Of a stretch of DNA of 64,000 nucleotides, positions 1-12,347 are shown one piece after another. Each line of letters opens with the position of its first letter. Position 1 is the stretch's first letter. Source of the stretch: Mobula hypostoma (taxonomy: Eukaryota); NCBI RefSeq assembly GCF_963921235.1, contig NC_086125.1, positions 7,130,001 to 7,194,000 of the forward strand, in the 5' to 3' direction. The notes under the pieces are model-generated. The model made no database searches and had not been told where the DNA came from. It saw nothing but the letters and a program-made list of their open reading frames with translations. The position numbers and the translations under genes were made by a program.

Positions 1-420
1 CCTTCATTTCCCATATCAACCTGGATAGATCTCATCCGGCCCTGGGGATTTATCAACTCTTAGCAAACATTACATCTAACACCACCTCCTCCTTATTACT
101 AAATTGCTTCGGATTATCCACATTTGCCTTCTTGAACTCACTATCTTTTACATTCTTCTCCGTGGTGAATATAAATGATAAATACTCACTTGAACTTAGC
201 CCACATTACCTGGCTCCACATATGGATTTCCCCTTTGGTCCTTCAGGAGAACTATTCTTCCTCTCTTGCTTCTGATTCTATTTATAGAATGTCTTATTAT
301 CCTGCTTAATCTTACTCACCAAGGATATTTCATGGCCTCTTTTTGCCTTCCTAATTTCTTTAAATTCTTTTCTAGATGCTCAAAATTCCCTGAAAGATTC
401 ATTTTGATTCCTGTTGTCTA
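1..420 (-). mobile_element. Old CR1-type LINE fragment
   Basis: Reverse strand near 20-50 reads KSPGPDEIYP-like, typical of the CR1 RT N-terminal region; degenerate. Confidence 0.6.
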
Positions 421-488
421 GACCAGCCAGTTCTTAAATTGAAGCTATGGCCTTTTGACCTAAAAAAAAATGAACTTTTTTCCAACAG

Positions 489-691
489 CCAACTCCAGCA
501 GTTCAATGTCCTATGGACACAGTACTGGTCTTTTGGGAAACTACCCTAGCTCCAGTTCTAGAATTCATCATGGATCTGGCATCGGGGATTATCCGGATTA
601 TCCAGATTATCCAGAGACTGGAAGCAAACAGTCAGGTTATGGCAGTTTGGAAAGTTATGATGATTACCACTCTTACAGAGACTATGAAGAG
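489..691 (+). CDS. RAVER1: RAVER1 internal exon (Ser/Gly/Tyr-rich, GLLGNYP motif, DYP repeat)
   Basis: tccaacag|CC ... GAAGAG|gtatgt; open frame shared with ORF 470-787. Confidence 0.8.
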
Positions 692-3600
692 GTATGTCTT
701 CTGTTAGTGATTTATAACACCGTTGGGTTTAGTATAATTGGATTGTTCCTTTTCCGGTCGTGGTCATCGATCATTGATACTTTGTAAATACAATGTGATT
801 TACAGTGAATAATAAACCTGTGCAAAGATTTTTATGTAGTTTTTATCCACACAGGTTATCTCAGTTGTCTTCAACATCTTCTTATTTGGGTAATTGCTCT
901 ATTTGCAGTGATGAAACAAGAAACATTATTAAATACAGACAAAAGTTTGTGTAGACAATAATTGGCTGATAGCAACCAGTTTCTGAAATTCTGGTTCTAT
1001 TTGAATTTAAACAAAGCAGTTCTCATGATGTCCAATATTTACCGTTCAACTAACAACACTGACCAGTCTTACAAGTTTATACCATACATGTTTGCTATGA
1101 AATGCTGGAACATCTCTTTCTTGCTTTTGGTATCTTACTGATCTCTATTGGATATGCAATGATATTTATTGAAACATGTTGGTGCCGGAAGGAAGCAATT
1201 TTTGCCTCATGCACATTTGGATGTCTTCCTTAACTACTAAGACTCTCACAGAAGCATAGCTAAAGTCTAAATACTTTGGAAACAACAGGAGAAAACTACG
1301 TATGTTTCAAGTGAACTAATTTTATTGTGGCAGGAAAGAGAACTGGAGCAATACCCACCATCAAGTGGTCCTAGGTATCGAGGATATGGCCGTGACAGAA
1401 ATGAGGTAAATATTATGATTAAATGCATTCTGAGGGAAGGGGGGCTATTCTGGGGATAGTTGAACTAGGTTGGACCCAGTTCTTATCAATCTAACAACAC
1501 AGTGGAGCTCTCTTGATGTGCAGTGTAGCAGATGTAAAAAAAAAATGTGGACCAGGAATCCTATGATTCCCTTTTTGAGTATATAGAGTTAACTTGTCTC
1601 TGTCAATATAGTAGTCCTGAATCTGTGGTTTTTATCTGCACTGGGCTAGAGTAGGATGGTTCCAACTCGAGCAAGAGCTCTGAAGGGTTGAGACTTGGTT
1701 TTATAAAGTGCGAAGGGTAAAAGTGCCTGTTGATTACCTATTTGAGACTGACTATCATGAATAAATGAATGAGAAACTAATCGGAAAGTGACATAAGAGA
1801 ATGGATTCGATGAGAACAATGAAAAGTTTCCACAATGAAAACTGTTTAACTGAATTTTGTTTCTGATTAGGATAGGGAGCTGGAAAGATACTCGCGATCC
1901 CGCGACTCTGGCCTGGGAGGAGCTCGGCGCTACGGGCGAGATCGTAGTAGTGTAAGTATTGAAAAGGAGTGGGGAGTTCAAGATAACACATTAGCTTAGG
2001 GTATCAGGCTATGCTGTAACTGGGTAAGAGATGTATGCTCGGCATAGTTGCTATAAATATTAAGTAGCTGTGAAATGCGTTTTTAAAGTGGAATAATGGC
2101 TATCTCGGTGAGAGAGGTAATGTAAATGTGTGGGAAGAACTAAATAATACCTGCTGCAACTTTCTTCCTGTAACTCGAGTTTCAAGCAGGGAAGAAGTTG
2201 GGAAACAACTGTCTTCCTCAGCTACATGGAGTTAAGGAAGATCAACATTCAAGTATTTCCATTTATTATTGGCAAAAATGGATGGTGTTCACAAAGGTGC
2301 TGTGGCTTGTGGAATAACTTGTCTGCTTGCACTGTTTATAACAGCCTGCTGGACTTTATTTGGATTTCCAGCAAGGAGCTGATGTTTTGAAAAGGGAAAA
2401 TATTTTTGGGTATATCTATCTAATCAAGGCTTTACTTTCAGGAAAGGGAGCTGGAGCGATATCAACTTCCACTTGACTCTGGACTTGGAGGGTATGAATC
2501 TGACCAAAATCAGGTAAAGATTAGATTAAAGAAGTTTCTCAAGTGGATAAGAGGTTATTACTAGAGTGCTCCGGAGATTTTTTTGTCTTTTGTGTCTCAA
2601 CTGGAATGGTTGGGATTATTAATTAATTAATTTTTTAGGCTCTTGTTTTGCACAGAACTGTGGCATGTCCAAAGTAGTAACCCAGCAGATGGGTAAATCT
2701 ACCAAGCTGTGCAAGCCTGACATAGATCAATTCTTAGTCTCTGGGTGTTAGCTTAGTGGTGAGGGGCCAACATTTATGGTTCATAAGGTGGTCTTTGTCC
2801 ACTTAGAATGGATGGGAGAGTGTGGAAGCTGGAAGGCTTTTCCTCCCAGTCCTCTGGTAGCTGTGTGCCCAAGTCTGTTGAGAATAAGATCATATTTGTT
2901 ACTCAGTAGCCGTGATAGGAGAGTCTGTCAGTGCAAACTGTCTAGGTTGTATATTAATGTCTTCATAGTTAAGACATTAAAGAGTGGATTCACCTATACA
3001 GAGGTGGGGGAATATAAAGCAATGAAATCAACCGTTCTTTTTCAACTTCTCTGGAAGTGTGCGTAATCTGTTGAGCGTGGTGGGCATGCTATGTTGGCGC
3101 CGGAATGTGTGGTGACATTTGTGGGCTGGCCCCTTGGGAGTATTGGTTGTTAATGTAAATGATGCATTTCACTGTATGTTTCAATATGATAAAAAAATAA
3201 CTTGAATCTTAAATCAAGTGTTGATTAAAATTGATCTTGGATTGTTAATGATCTTTTTAAAAAAATATTTTCAAGCGATCAACTTCTTGTGGCTACAATG
3301 ATTTGGAATCTGCTCCACCTCCACTGTACTCCAGCTCCCCGACGTCCTATTTCAAAAGTGGCTTAAGAGCAGGACTCCGGCAGGGTTACTCCTCCAAGGT
3401 AGAGCATTACCAATATCGGGATGCATCATTATGCATATTCACTAATTTAGAATATTGTGAAGCACAGTATTGAATCAATCACACAATAGGTTGAGAGATG
3501 GCCTGTACTATGATCCTCTGAACACTCATCACGGATTCCTTCCTAACTTGATTAGGGCATCCTTGGTTCAATTGATGTTGAGTTGTAATGTCTTATTACT

Positions 3601-6600
3601 GCATAAAATCCTATCTCAGCAAAGCCAGGGGGAAAGAATGCACACCATGTAGTGCAAACATGCTGTTATATTCACTTGGCCAGGTGTATGAATCTTGGCT
3701 CATTTAAGACCAATAGATTTACCTAGTAACTCAAAAACCGAGGATTATATTCTGTCTTTGGGAATGGGTCTGCTTCTCTGCATTTTCATATAATTGGCTA
3801 ATAATTCAAGAGCAGAAAATGTGTGTTTTGGATTGAGAAAGGAGGCTTTTAGAGCCTTTTTATGAAAGATAGATGTCCAGTTTGATTTTTTTTTAAACTG
3901 CTGTTTAATTATTGTCTTGGTATGTATTGAATCTATAGCTATGCCAATTAGAGATCTGACTTTTCTTTGGCCTGTTCCAGTTAAATCCACTGCTGAACTC
4001 CGGGGCAGGACTCTTGGGAGCTCGGCCCTCCAGCTCCCCACCAGGCTCCCTGCTGAAGGTAAACATCTCACTTTTTTTGACTCATTTATGTGTCCTTGGA
4101 TTGTATGTTTGAAATGGAAATGTACTTGTATGCAAATATTCACTGACCACATTGAGTATTTCCCAATGTTGTAGCTTTGTCTGGAACAGGATTGTGCTTT
4201 GTGCTGTAACTTTTCATTCACTTAACTGTTTGAATTAGAAGTCCAGATTGGTACTTTTTGGAACTCAGCTATGTTGAAACAGGATTTAAATTGCACCATT
4301 CTATTAATTAAATACTGCTTTAGCTAGAGGTGTATAGTACAATTTCTTGAGTGGAATGGAGTAGAATCTATTTGTGCTACGCAATTAAACATGTCATCAG
4401 GGATGACTGTGTCTGATTTCTCTGAAATGGAAGGTTCCTTATCCTTATTTAACCCTAAGGATGTGAGAATACAAAAAGAAACCAGCAATTTGACTTTTTC
4501 AAAAGATGGATGAGATTGTTCATATTTTTAATGTTGGTACCTCTTAAAGCCCATTATACAAATAAGTTCTGTTCATGCGGAGCTTGCAAATCTTAACATT
4601 ATCAGTGGCAAGTTACAGAATAGAGGAAGCTCACTTGAACACATTTAGCAAATTGTGTTGAGGATTTTCTAGGCTTGCTACAAATTACTAAGGTACTGAA
4701 AAAGATTGCAGGCAACAAGGCCTTGCCCACCAGGAATATTACTGACATGATTGGGGAAATCATCTGTGAGCAATTCTCCAAACTTGCTTCTGATAAGGAC
4801 AACCCTTGAAGTAAGTCATGACTCTATCAATGGGTGGTGCAGTCTTAATTCTTGTCATCTTTAGAGATACTGTGGATCTCTAAATCACAGCGCCTGTACT
4901 TTAAATGGAGTTTAAATTCTTCACCATTTGATGTCTATGGATTGAGCTGAAACAAGTCTCGTGTACCAATTGATGACACTTTATCTTCTACCTTATTATG
5001 CTGCTCAGTTTAGCAGTGATATAAACATAAAGTGGAAATAGAGGTAGGCCATTCGGTATCTCTTGATCATGACTGATCTTTTTACTTCAGCACCACTCTG
5101 TTTCAGTAATTCCTTAATATCCAAAAATTTATTCATCACTTGGATATTCTCATCAACTGAACCTTCACACCCATCCTAAGAAATTCCGAAAATTCACCGA
5201 CTTTTTGGTTATAAAATTTCCTTTCATCTCAGTCCTGAATGATAAACCCCTAATTTTATGATTAACCCCTGATTCTAGTCAACTCAGCCTGAGGAAATAT
5301 CATCCACAGCCTGTAAGAATATTGTGTGTTTCAATGTGATTACTTTAATTTTTTGGGGAGTTCTGCTTATTACTCAAAGAACACAACTGCAATTCCATCC
5401 CAATCAACTACTATACATAGGTTGTACTTGGTCTATCTTGGTGAAGGAGACCATATCAGTATTCAGCATTCCAGGTGTGGTTGCACCAGGATAATATATA
5501 ATTTCAGAAAGATGATTTTACTCCTGTCCTCAAAGCTTCTTGCAGTTAAAGCCAATATAACATTAATCTTCTTTACTGTTTGTTGTACCTTTTTATCTTT
5601 CAGTAAATTGTGAATAAGGACTGAAGCACTTTAGAACACAATCAATTATTTTGTAATATTTCAAAGAACACCTTCTAGCAAAATAGATGATTTCTCATAT
5701 TTCCGTGTTCTTGCCGTTCATTTAGTCAACCAATTCACAATAAAAGCAACAATGGGATCTGTCGTTGACTATGCTATCAATGCTCATTTTTGATTTCCTC
5801 AACCATCCAATGCCTGTCTACCTCCATCACAGCTTTGGTTCAAATAGGGATCATAAGAGCTGGATTATGGAGGTATTGGTGAGGTTGAATACCCTTTCAC
5901 ATATAGGTAACACTTTATTGAGTGTGTGTCAAGGTATCCTTTTTTTTAAATCAAGGTTTGGAGCTGTTGTCAGTCTTGGCAGTTAGTCATCCCACATGGT
6001 TCCTTGAGGCAGTATCCTGTCCCCTACCATCTTAAGCTGTGACAGCGATGACCATTCTTCCATCATAAGGGCAAAAGTGAAGCTGTTTGCTGATGGCACA
6101 ATGTTCAGTTTCATTTGTAACTCTGAGAAGGTTATTTCCATAAAGTCCTTTTGCATTCTTCTCAATCCCACCTCTATATGTATGATGAGAAAATTTACGT
6201 TTAATAGAGCTGGTGTCCTCATTGAAACAGCTGATACAGACTGTGAACAATTGGGGCCTTTGTACTGATGTTTGCAGCAGCATACAGTCGGCCCTCCGTA
6301 TCCACGGGGGATTGGTTCCGGGACCCCCCCCCCCCGCGGANNNNNNNNNNNNNNNNNNNNNNNNNNNNNNNNNNNNNNNNNNNNNNNNNNNNNNNNNNNN
6401 NNNNNNNNNNNNNNNNNNNNNNNNNNNNNNNNNNNNNNNNNNNNNNNNNNNNNNNNNNNNNNNNNNNNNNNNNNNNNNNNNNNNNNNNNNNNNNNNNNNN
6501 NNNNNNNNNNNNNNNNNNNNNNNNNNNNNNNNNNNNNNNNNNNNNNNNNNNNNNNNNNNNNNNNNNNGGGAACGCTGATGCCTCAGCGAAAATAGCATTC

Positions 6601-7888
6601 AGTGTTTGTTTTGCAGCGAGCCGTTATAGAGGCAGCGCGCACACCATAGCTTTTAACTGTGTGAGATTTTCGCTACAATTGACAGTGCTGCAATGATTGC
6701 AGAAAAGTATGACTTTAATTTTGAAAGGGCACGTAGGTTTAGGGCAGGTTTGCAGGATGTTTTGAGTGCTTACAAAGAAATGTATGATAGAAAAATGCGT
6801 GAACCTTCCAGTGTGCTCGCTGTCTTCCCGATTCTGGTAAGTGAAACTACACTGTACTGTACATACATTATTTCTACTTTATATAGGCTGTGTATTTATC
6901 ATATCATTCCTGCTTTTACTATGTGTTAGTGTTATTTTAGGTTTTATATGTTATTTTGTATGATTTGGTAGGTTACTTTTTTGGTCTGGGAACGCTCAAA
7001 TTTTTTCCCATATAAATTAATGGTAATTGCTTCTTCATTTACGCCATTTCTGCTCTACTTTCGGATAGCGGGGGAAACCTGTAAAGTATTTTCGATCCAC
7101 AGTTGGTTGAATCCGCGGATACGGAGGGCCGACTGTACTCGTTACAACCTCCCAACCTAACCCACAATTGATTCATTTATTCCTACTTTTTTGTCAATTA
7201 ACTAATTTTTAGTCTTCATTGGTATTGCCCTCCAATTCCACATGTTACAATTTTCAACAATAAACTCTTCTATGATCACATCCAGTGGTTCTTCCTGATC
7301 AATTCTGCTAATTACACCATCAAAGAAACTTCAATAGAATTAGCAAATATGATTTCCTCTCTTGAATCTGTCTCTTAATTTTTGGAGTGTCTCCCACTGA
7401 AGCTAATTTATTTGATCTTCTGATTCACCCTCCGTGTATTGTTGTCCATTATTTGGTTTTGTGTGTGGTCTTTGAAGACCAGTTAAGAAGTATTGGTGTA
7501 ATCATTGCTAGTTCCATGTTTTTGAAACATAGCTTCTCTGCTATAGATGTAAGGGATAAACTTAGAATAATGTTTACTTTCCTGTATCAATTCCTTGGTT
7601 ATTTGCTCTGTGTTTTCAAATATTACCACTACATGGCTGAAGTTTGAAGCTTGTGTCATAGGATCAAAAGTTGTGAGAAGGGGAGTATGGGACAGAAAAG
7701 CTTAGACCCCAAATCAATGTAATTTATTCTCTTTTTCGCAGACTCCACTCATTGGTCACAAGCGGGGTGCCTCTCACCTGATCCCATCACCTGAGCCCAG
7801 TCCAGAGGGAGGCTACATTGGCCAGCACTCTCAAGGGCTGGGTGGCCACTACGCTGACTCTTACTTGAAGAGGAAGAGAATATTTTAG
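489..7888 (+). CDS. RAVER1: RAVER1 (ribonucleoprotein PTB-binding 1), 3' part; exons 489-691, 1334-1405, 1871-1951, 2442-2513, 3276-3398, 3981-4058, 7742-7888
   Basis: Spliced translation ends ...[16 protein letters not shown]...LLK|[48 protein letters not shown], matching the RAVER1 C-terminus. All introns GT-AG and phase-consistent. Lies upstream of FDX2 as in human. Confidence 0.93.
1334..1405 (+). CDS. RAVER1: RAVER1 exon [24 protein letters not shown]
   Basis: ggcag|GAA ... GAG|gtaaat, 72 nt, phase 0-0. Confidence 0.75.
1871..1951 (+). CDS. RAVER1: RAVER1 exon [27 protein letters not shown]
   Basis: gattag|GAT ... AGT|gtaagt, 81 nt, phase 0-0, CpG-rich island in an AT-rich intron. Confidence 0.75.
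2442..2513 (+). CDS. RAVER1: RAVER1 exon [24 protein letters not shown]
   Basis: tttcag|GAA ... CAG|gtaaag, 72 nt, phase 0-0. Confidence 0.75.
3276..3398 (+). CDS. RAVER1: RAVER1 exon RSTSCG...[21 protein letters not shown]
   Basis: ttcaag|CGA ... AAG|gtagag; resembles human SPTSYFTSGLQAGLKQ. Confidence 0.88.
3981..4058 (+). CDS. RAVER1: RAVER1 exon [26 protein letters not shown] (PRI motif)
   Basis: ttccag|TTA ... AAG|gtaaac; GLLGxxP motif. Confidence 0.88.
5030..5600 (-). mobile_element. Degenerate CR1 LINE 3' fragment
   Basis: gtaggccattcgg tail motif and similarity to other CR1 3' ends in the window. Confidence 0.6.
6285..7135. mobile_element. Tigger/pogo-type non-autonomous DNA transposon containing a nested second Tigger-like element
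   Basis: TIRs CAGTCGGCCCTCCGTATCC (6285) and GGATACGGAGGGCCGACTG (7135) flanked by TA. The inner element ends GCGGGGGAAACCTG-TA at 7081 and shares sequence with 47583-49221. Confidence 0.85.
6341..6567. other. Assembly gap (227 N)
   Basis: Run of N. Confidence 1.
7742..7888 (+). CDS. RAVER1: RAVER1 last coding exon with C-terminal NLS (KRKRIF)
   Basis: tcgcag|ACT ... TTT TAG; near-identical to the human C-terminus. Confidence 0.96.
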   Translation, partial: TPLIGHKRGASHLIPSPEPSPEGGYIGQHSQGLGGHYADSYLKRKRIF

Positions 7889-9530
7889 CTGGGAGCCTGG
7901 TGTTTCCATCTAGAATGATGCAGTTATATTTTGCTTAAGGGTGTAAATCTTGTATAGATATTTTTAATCTGTCAGTTTTTTTTCTTAATGTTTTGGGGGA
8001 GGGGCTATCTTGTATCTGAATGTGGGATATGCATAAAGCTCGAACTTGCAGAACTGGCTGAATCATGACCCTGCAGCACCAGGAATGTCAGCCCCAGAAT
8101 CACTCAATGTGGGCTTGCACATGAGCCGGCTCTTGGTCAGGGAGGGAGGAACGGTGAGGAGCCAGTTGCCATATCTGTCTCCCGTCAACAACAGTGTGGT
8201 TAATATCAGAGTACTTGGGACACATGAATGAGGCAGAGGAGTAAATAGCATCCAACAGTGCTTCTTGTATTTGCATTCTCTCAGCAAATTTAAAGTTGGA
8301 GAACCCAGCATATACCTTGCAATTTGTAACAAACTAACCTCATTTGATCCTGCCTCCCTCGGAGTAGCCACATTGTGTTGGTGCTGCAGCAGAGTGTGCA
8401 CTTTATATGTGAACATTTTAACCAAGTATTTTACTCCAGACCCCAGGCTGTCATTTCCCTTTCATAATTTCCAGTGCTATTTGCTTTTTGTTCCCCAAGA
8501 GATGGGAATTATTTTTATCAGTTACTCCCCTTTTGTTTTAATGATCTACAACACAGTTTTGGCTTTGAGGGTTTGTCATGACTCTGTCTAGTCTGAATTT
8601 CAGTCCTTGTGCATACCCCTAACATCTATGTTTCTTTTGGTGTTTTTCCCTAATTTTTCGTTTCAATCTATGAATCAACTTTTGCCTTAATTTAGAAATT
8701 ATTGTTAATCTAATTTTTAGGGAATTATTTGCAGTGAAAGGGTTACATGCTCATCCTTTTACTTTTTTTTAAGAAAGCGAGTGGTAGGCATGACTTATTT
8801 TTATCCCTGCCATTTCATTTGGCATATGTATTTGTGCCTGTGTTAGTTCCTCATTATTACAAGTTTGTTCTGCAAAGACTTCGTTAAATTCCTGCTGTCT
8901 GTTAATTTGTGGTCCTGTTATGTTGAGCATTGCTCTAACGCTTGGGCAGAAACCCTAAACTGGCAAATATGGGACCCTAGTGGTTTAAAAAAAATGTAAA
9001 TATAATAAGAACCAGCGCAGCTAAGTAGACACCAGCTCCAGATTAAAGCTGCAGAAACCTGTGCTGCTTATGTTTTCTGGTAAACATGCCTATTTTGTCC
9101 AAAGCTTGCAGTGGAGTATCTCTTCCCCTTTAGCACACCTCTGGTCCTTGAAATTTGGGAGTTGAAAAATAATTAGTTTCACTTGGTATTTGTCCAGTTT
9201 ACCTGATAGCAGCACATGATCTTTTAAATCCCCATAGCCTCTCTGCTTTGTTCAGACATTATAAAACCAAGGTGAACAGTGAGTTACAGAAAAAAAATTT
9301 CTTCATTTGCTGGAAATATAAATTCACTATGCCTTTTATCATCTTCTGTCCACTTTTCCCAACAGAAATGGGTAAATGTTGGCAGTGACTGAGGAGTGAG
9401 AAACCTTTGTGGTGACTTGATGTGGCATTAGGAGAGGGAGGATGGGGGTTGCAGAAACTGAGTCAAACATGGGCCAAAAAAGTACCAATGGTGCATAACC
9501 TGCTTGTGAGAAAGTGCTTTACTGTGACTT

Positions 9531-9536
9531 AATAAA
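9531..9536 (+). terminator. Likely RAVER1 polyadenylation signal
   Basis: AATAAA followed about 45 nt later by a GU/U-rich tract (tgtgttttactttgtgcttt). Confidence 0.55.
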
Positions 9537-10564
9537 AGCCTTTGCACCTACCTAACCTGGCATTGTAGCCAGCCCTTCAGTGTGTTTTACTTTGTGCTTT
9601 GACTCAAATCTGACCATGTTACCACAAGAACTCCGGACAGTTCCAACGGGCAGGTCTCTGGAGTATCCGTAATGCAGGATCCACTCTAATACCATTCCAA
9701 TCTGAATTGAATCCCTGCCTCTGTAATTGCAAAGAGCAACAGAAATCCCAACATAAATAACTTGTGAGCCTTCTCTAGGATAAGATGTTGCATTGAATTT
9801 CTTTGCATCAGCCCCGAGTTCTTCCCCCTCAACAAAGGTCAGCTATGATATTCCAGCTTCAATCTCCCAATTCAGAATTGGGAATCTTAACTTTCAAATC
9901 ATTTGGTTCTGTTGCAAAACAGTGGGGTTGATGTAATTGAATACTGAGCCTTAGCAATTCACCAGTTTGCTCTTGAACAGAAAGTAACCCCTGCTGGTCT
10001 ACTTGGGACCCAACTATCGTGCTCAACTGTAGGAGCACTCTGTTTGCCCAGGGTTCCTGGATGCACTTGAAGACTATAATCTGTGCAGGATGGATATGAA
10101 ATGGGTGCAAAGGAGGTGTTCCTGCATCTGTAGCGTTAAACAAGTGTTGGCCCCTTGCCTGGGTACTGGTGGAAGAGAAGCTTTATGTCCTACCCTAATG
10201 GCATCAATGCTGAGTATGTAGAAGTGGAGGGCCGCATTCCTCTGGTTCATATACATTTGAACTTCCTCTTCTGAGGGATGTGAAATTAATGGGTCTAAAA
10301 AAAAACGAAGGCTCAATGGACTTTTGTTTAGCTGCATAATTAGTTAGAAAACAAATACAGTTTCATGTTTGGAGAATATATTCAACATCTCTAATAAAAT
10401 TGGAATTTTCTCATTGGCTGGATGTCTTTTAGATTTTAAAAACAAAACCTGACTCATCACTGTCATTAGTTTATGGAAAGTCCTATATATGATATGGAAA
10501 AAAAAACAAATGATTGAACCCTTGCATACACTTTACTTCCTATATGCATGTTTTAATCTTTTCT

Positions 10565-10812
10565 TTGAGATACAGTGTGGAATAGGCCTTTCTGGTCCTT
10601 TGAGCCATGCTGCCCAGCAATCCCCTGATTTAACCCTAGCCTAAGCACGGGACAATTTACCATGACCAACTGGTACATCTTGGGACTGTGGGAGGAAACC
10701 AAGGCACTCATGGGGAGAATGCACAACCTCCTTACAGACAGTATTGGGAATTGTATCCAGGTCCCTGGTACTGTAAAAGTGTTGTGCTAATCACGACACA
10801 ACCGTGCCACCC
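10565..10812 (-). mobile_element. tRNA-derived SINE
   Basis: Reverse-complement similarity to the SINE at 55541-55828. Confidence 0.7.
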
Positions 10813-11089
10813 TATTCATATCCTGACCAATGCATTTCTGGCAACTTGTTAATTCTTTAAATGCAAATTGGTCCAATCTTTCCTCATTTTTATGCCACGT
10901 CAGCAATCTGTGCTGTTGCAGGTTCTGGTCACCAGACTTCCTGAGGGAGAATTTCTTCAATCAGTCTTGTCATCCCACTTTCAGGCAGAGTTTCAAGTTC
11001 TATGGTTTATTTGCACTCTTGCAATCTCACAGTGGATGCACTCATTCTGCAAAACAGAAAGAGGGTGAGGCAGCTGGATAGTTTAGGAT

Positions 11090-11620
11090 GAAAATGCAAG
11101 GGACGAGATGCTGGAATCTGGAACAAACAACAACCTGCTGGGGAAAACCTAGTGTGTCAGGCAGTATCCATGGAAGGAAATGGACTGTCAACATTTTAGG
11201 GTGAGACCCTTCACCGAAAGAGTTGAATGGAGGGGTTGAGGCAAGAGGAGGCAAACAATAGGTAGATCCAGGTGAATAGGGATTAATTGGCAGATGTAGT
11301 TAGAAAGAGAGAAGCTTGGAGAAACAGAGATGATGGTTGGAATCTGATAGTAAAGCAAAATGGAGGAACCATGGTAAGGCAGATATAGTGGGACAGGTGT
11401 AAACAGTGAAGGGGGTGTGCGGGTGATGAGTCGATGTGAGAAGGAAAAGAAATTAGGCGATCAGAGACTGGGAGAGAAGGTTAGGGTAGATCAGAGGGGA
11501 GCAGAGTACCTGCAATTTGAGAATTCAATATTCATGCAGTTTTAAGTTGCATGCTACCCAAGTGGGGTGTGAGGTGTTCTAGTTTGCATTTACCCTCACC
11601 CAGGAAGCAGGGGACAAATG
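11090..11620 (-). mobile_element. Penelope-like element remnant
   Basis: gatgctggaatctgga end motif, purine-rich tract, decayed gaagggtctc core. Confidence 0.6.
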
Positions 11621-11869
11621 GGACACTTTGCAAATGGTGAAATAAACCAAAATTCCTTGCAAGGAAGTGCCAGTTAGTCTTGGTGGATGGGATGTGCAGT
11701 TATTTCAGAAGAACAAGCTCAACAATTTAGTGAAATCATAGCTACATGCTGTTAATTCAGTAGCAGAACCTTTACAGCCATCTTAGAAAATTCTAATAAC
11801 ATACCACATTTTTGGTATAGAAATTCCTATTTGAATCTTGAGTGGCAAACCCCATTTTCAGAATTTGAT

Positions 11870-12345
11870 CCCTGCTTCAGTCCAGGGCTTGAATGTTATC
11901 ACCTCCTACGAGGTTAAATCAAGTGATATGGGAAACAACAGGATTTTGCGTCTAGATGAGCTCAATGCCTTCTACGCTCGCTTTGGCTGTTAGAACATGG
12001 AGAAACCATTGAATCCCCACATGCCCCGATGATCCAATGATCTCAGTCTCTGAAGCTGATGTGCAGGCAGAATTCACAAGGATGAATCCATGGAAAGCAT
12101 CTGGACCAGGTGAGATACTTGGCCACATACTGAAGGCCCGTGCTAACTAACTGGCTGATATGTTCACTGAGATCTTTAAACTCGGACTTCAGGAGAGGGT
12201 TAGCAACTTTAAATTCCTGAATGTTAATATTTCAGAGGAGCAGCCCTGGACCTAGCACGTAAGTGCAATTGCAAAGAAAGCACGGCAGCACTTTAGGAGT
12301 GTGGGGTTATTCAGCGCGACATCTAAAATTTTGACAAACTGGATG
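11870..12345 (+). mobile_element. Rex-Babar LINE fragments
   Basis: Translates to LDELNAFYARF...KASGPG motifs. Confidence 0.65.
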
Positions 12346-12347
12346 TG

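Noticed and set aside
6032-6696. Long ORFs with X runs
   Set aside because: Artefacts of translating through the N gap.
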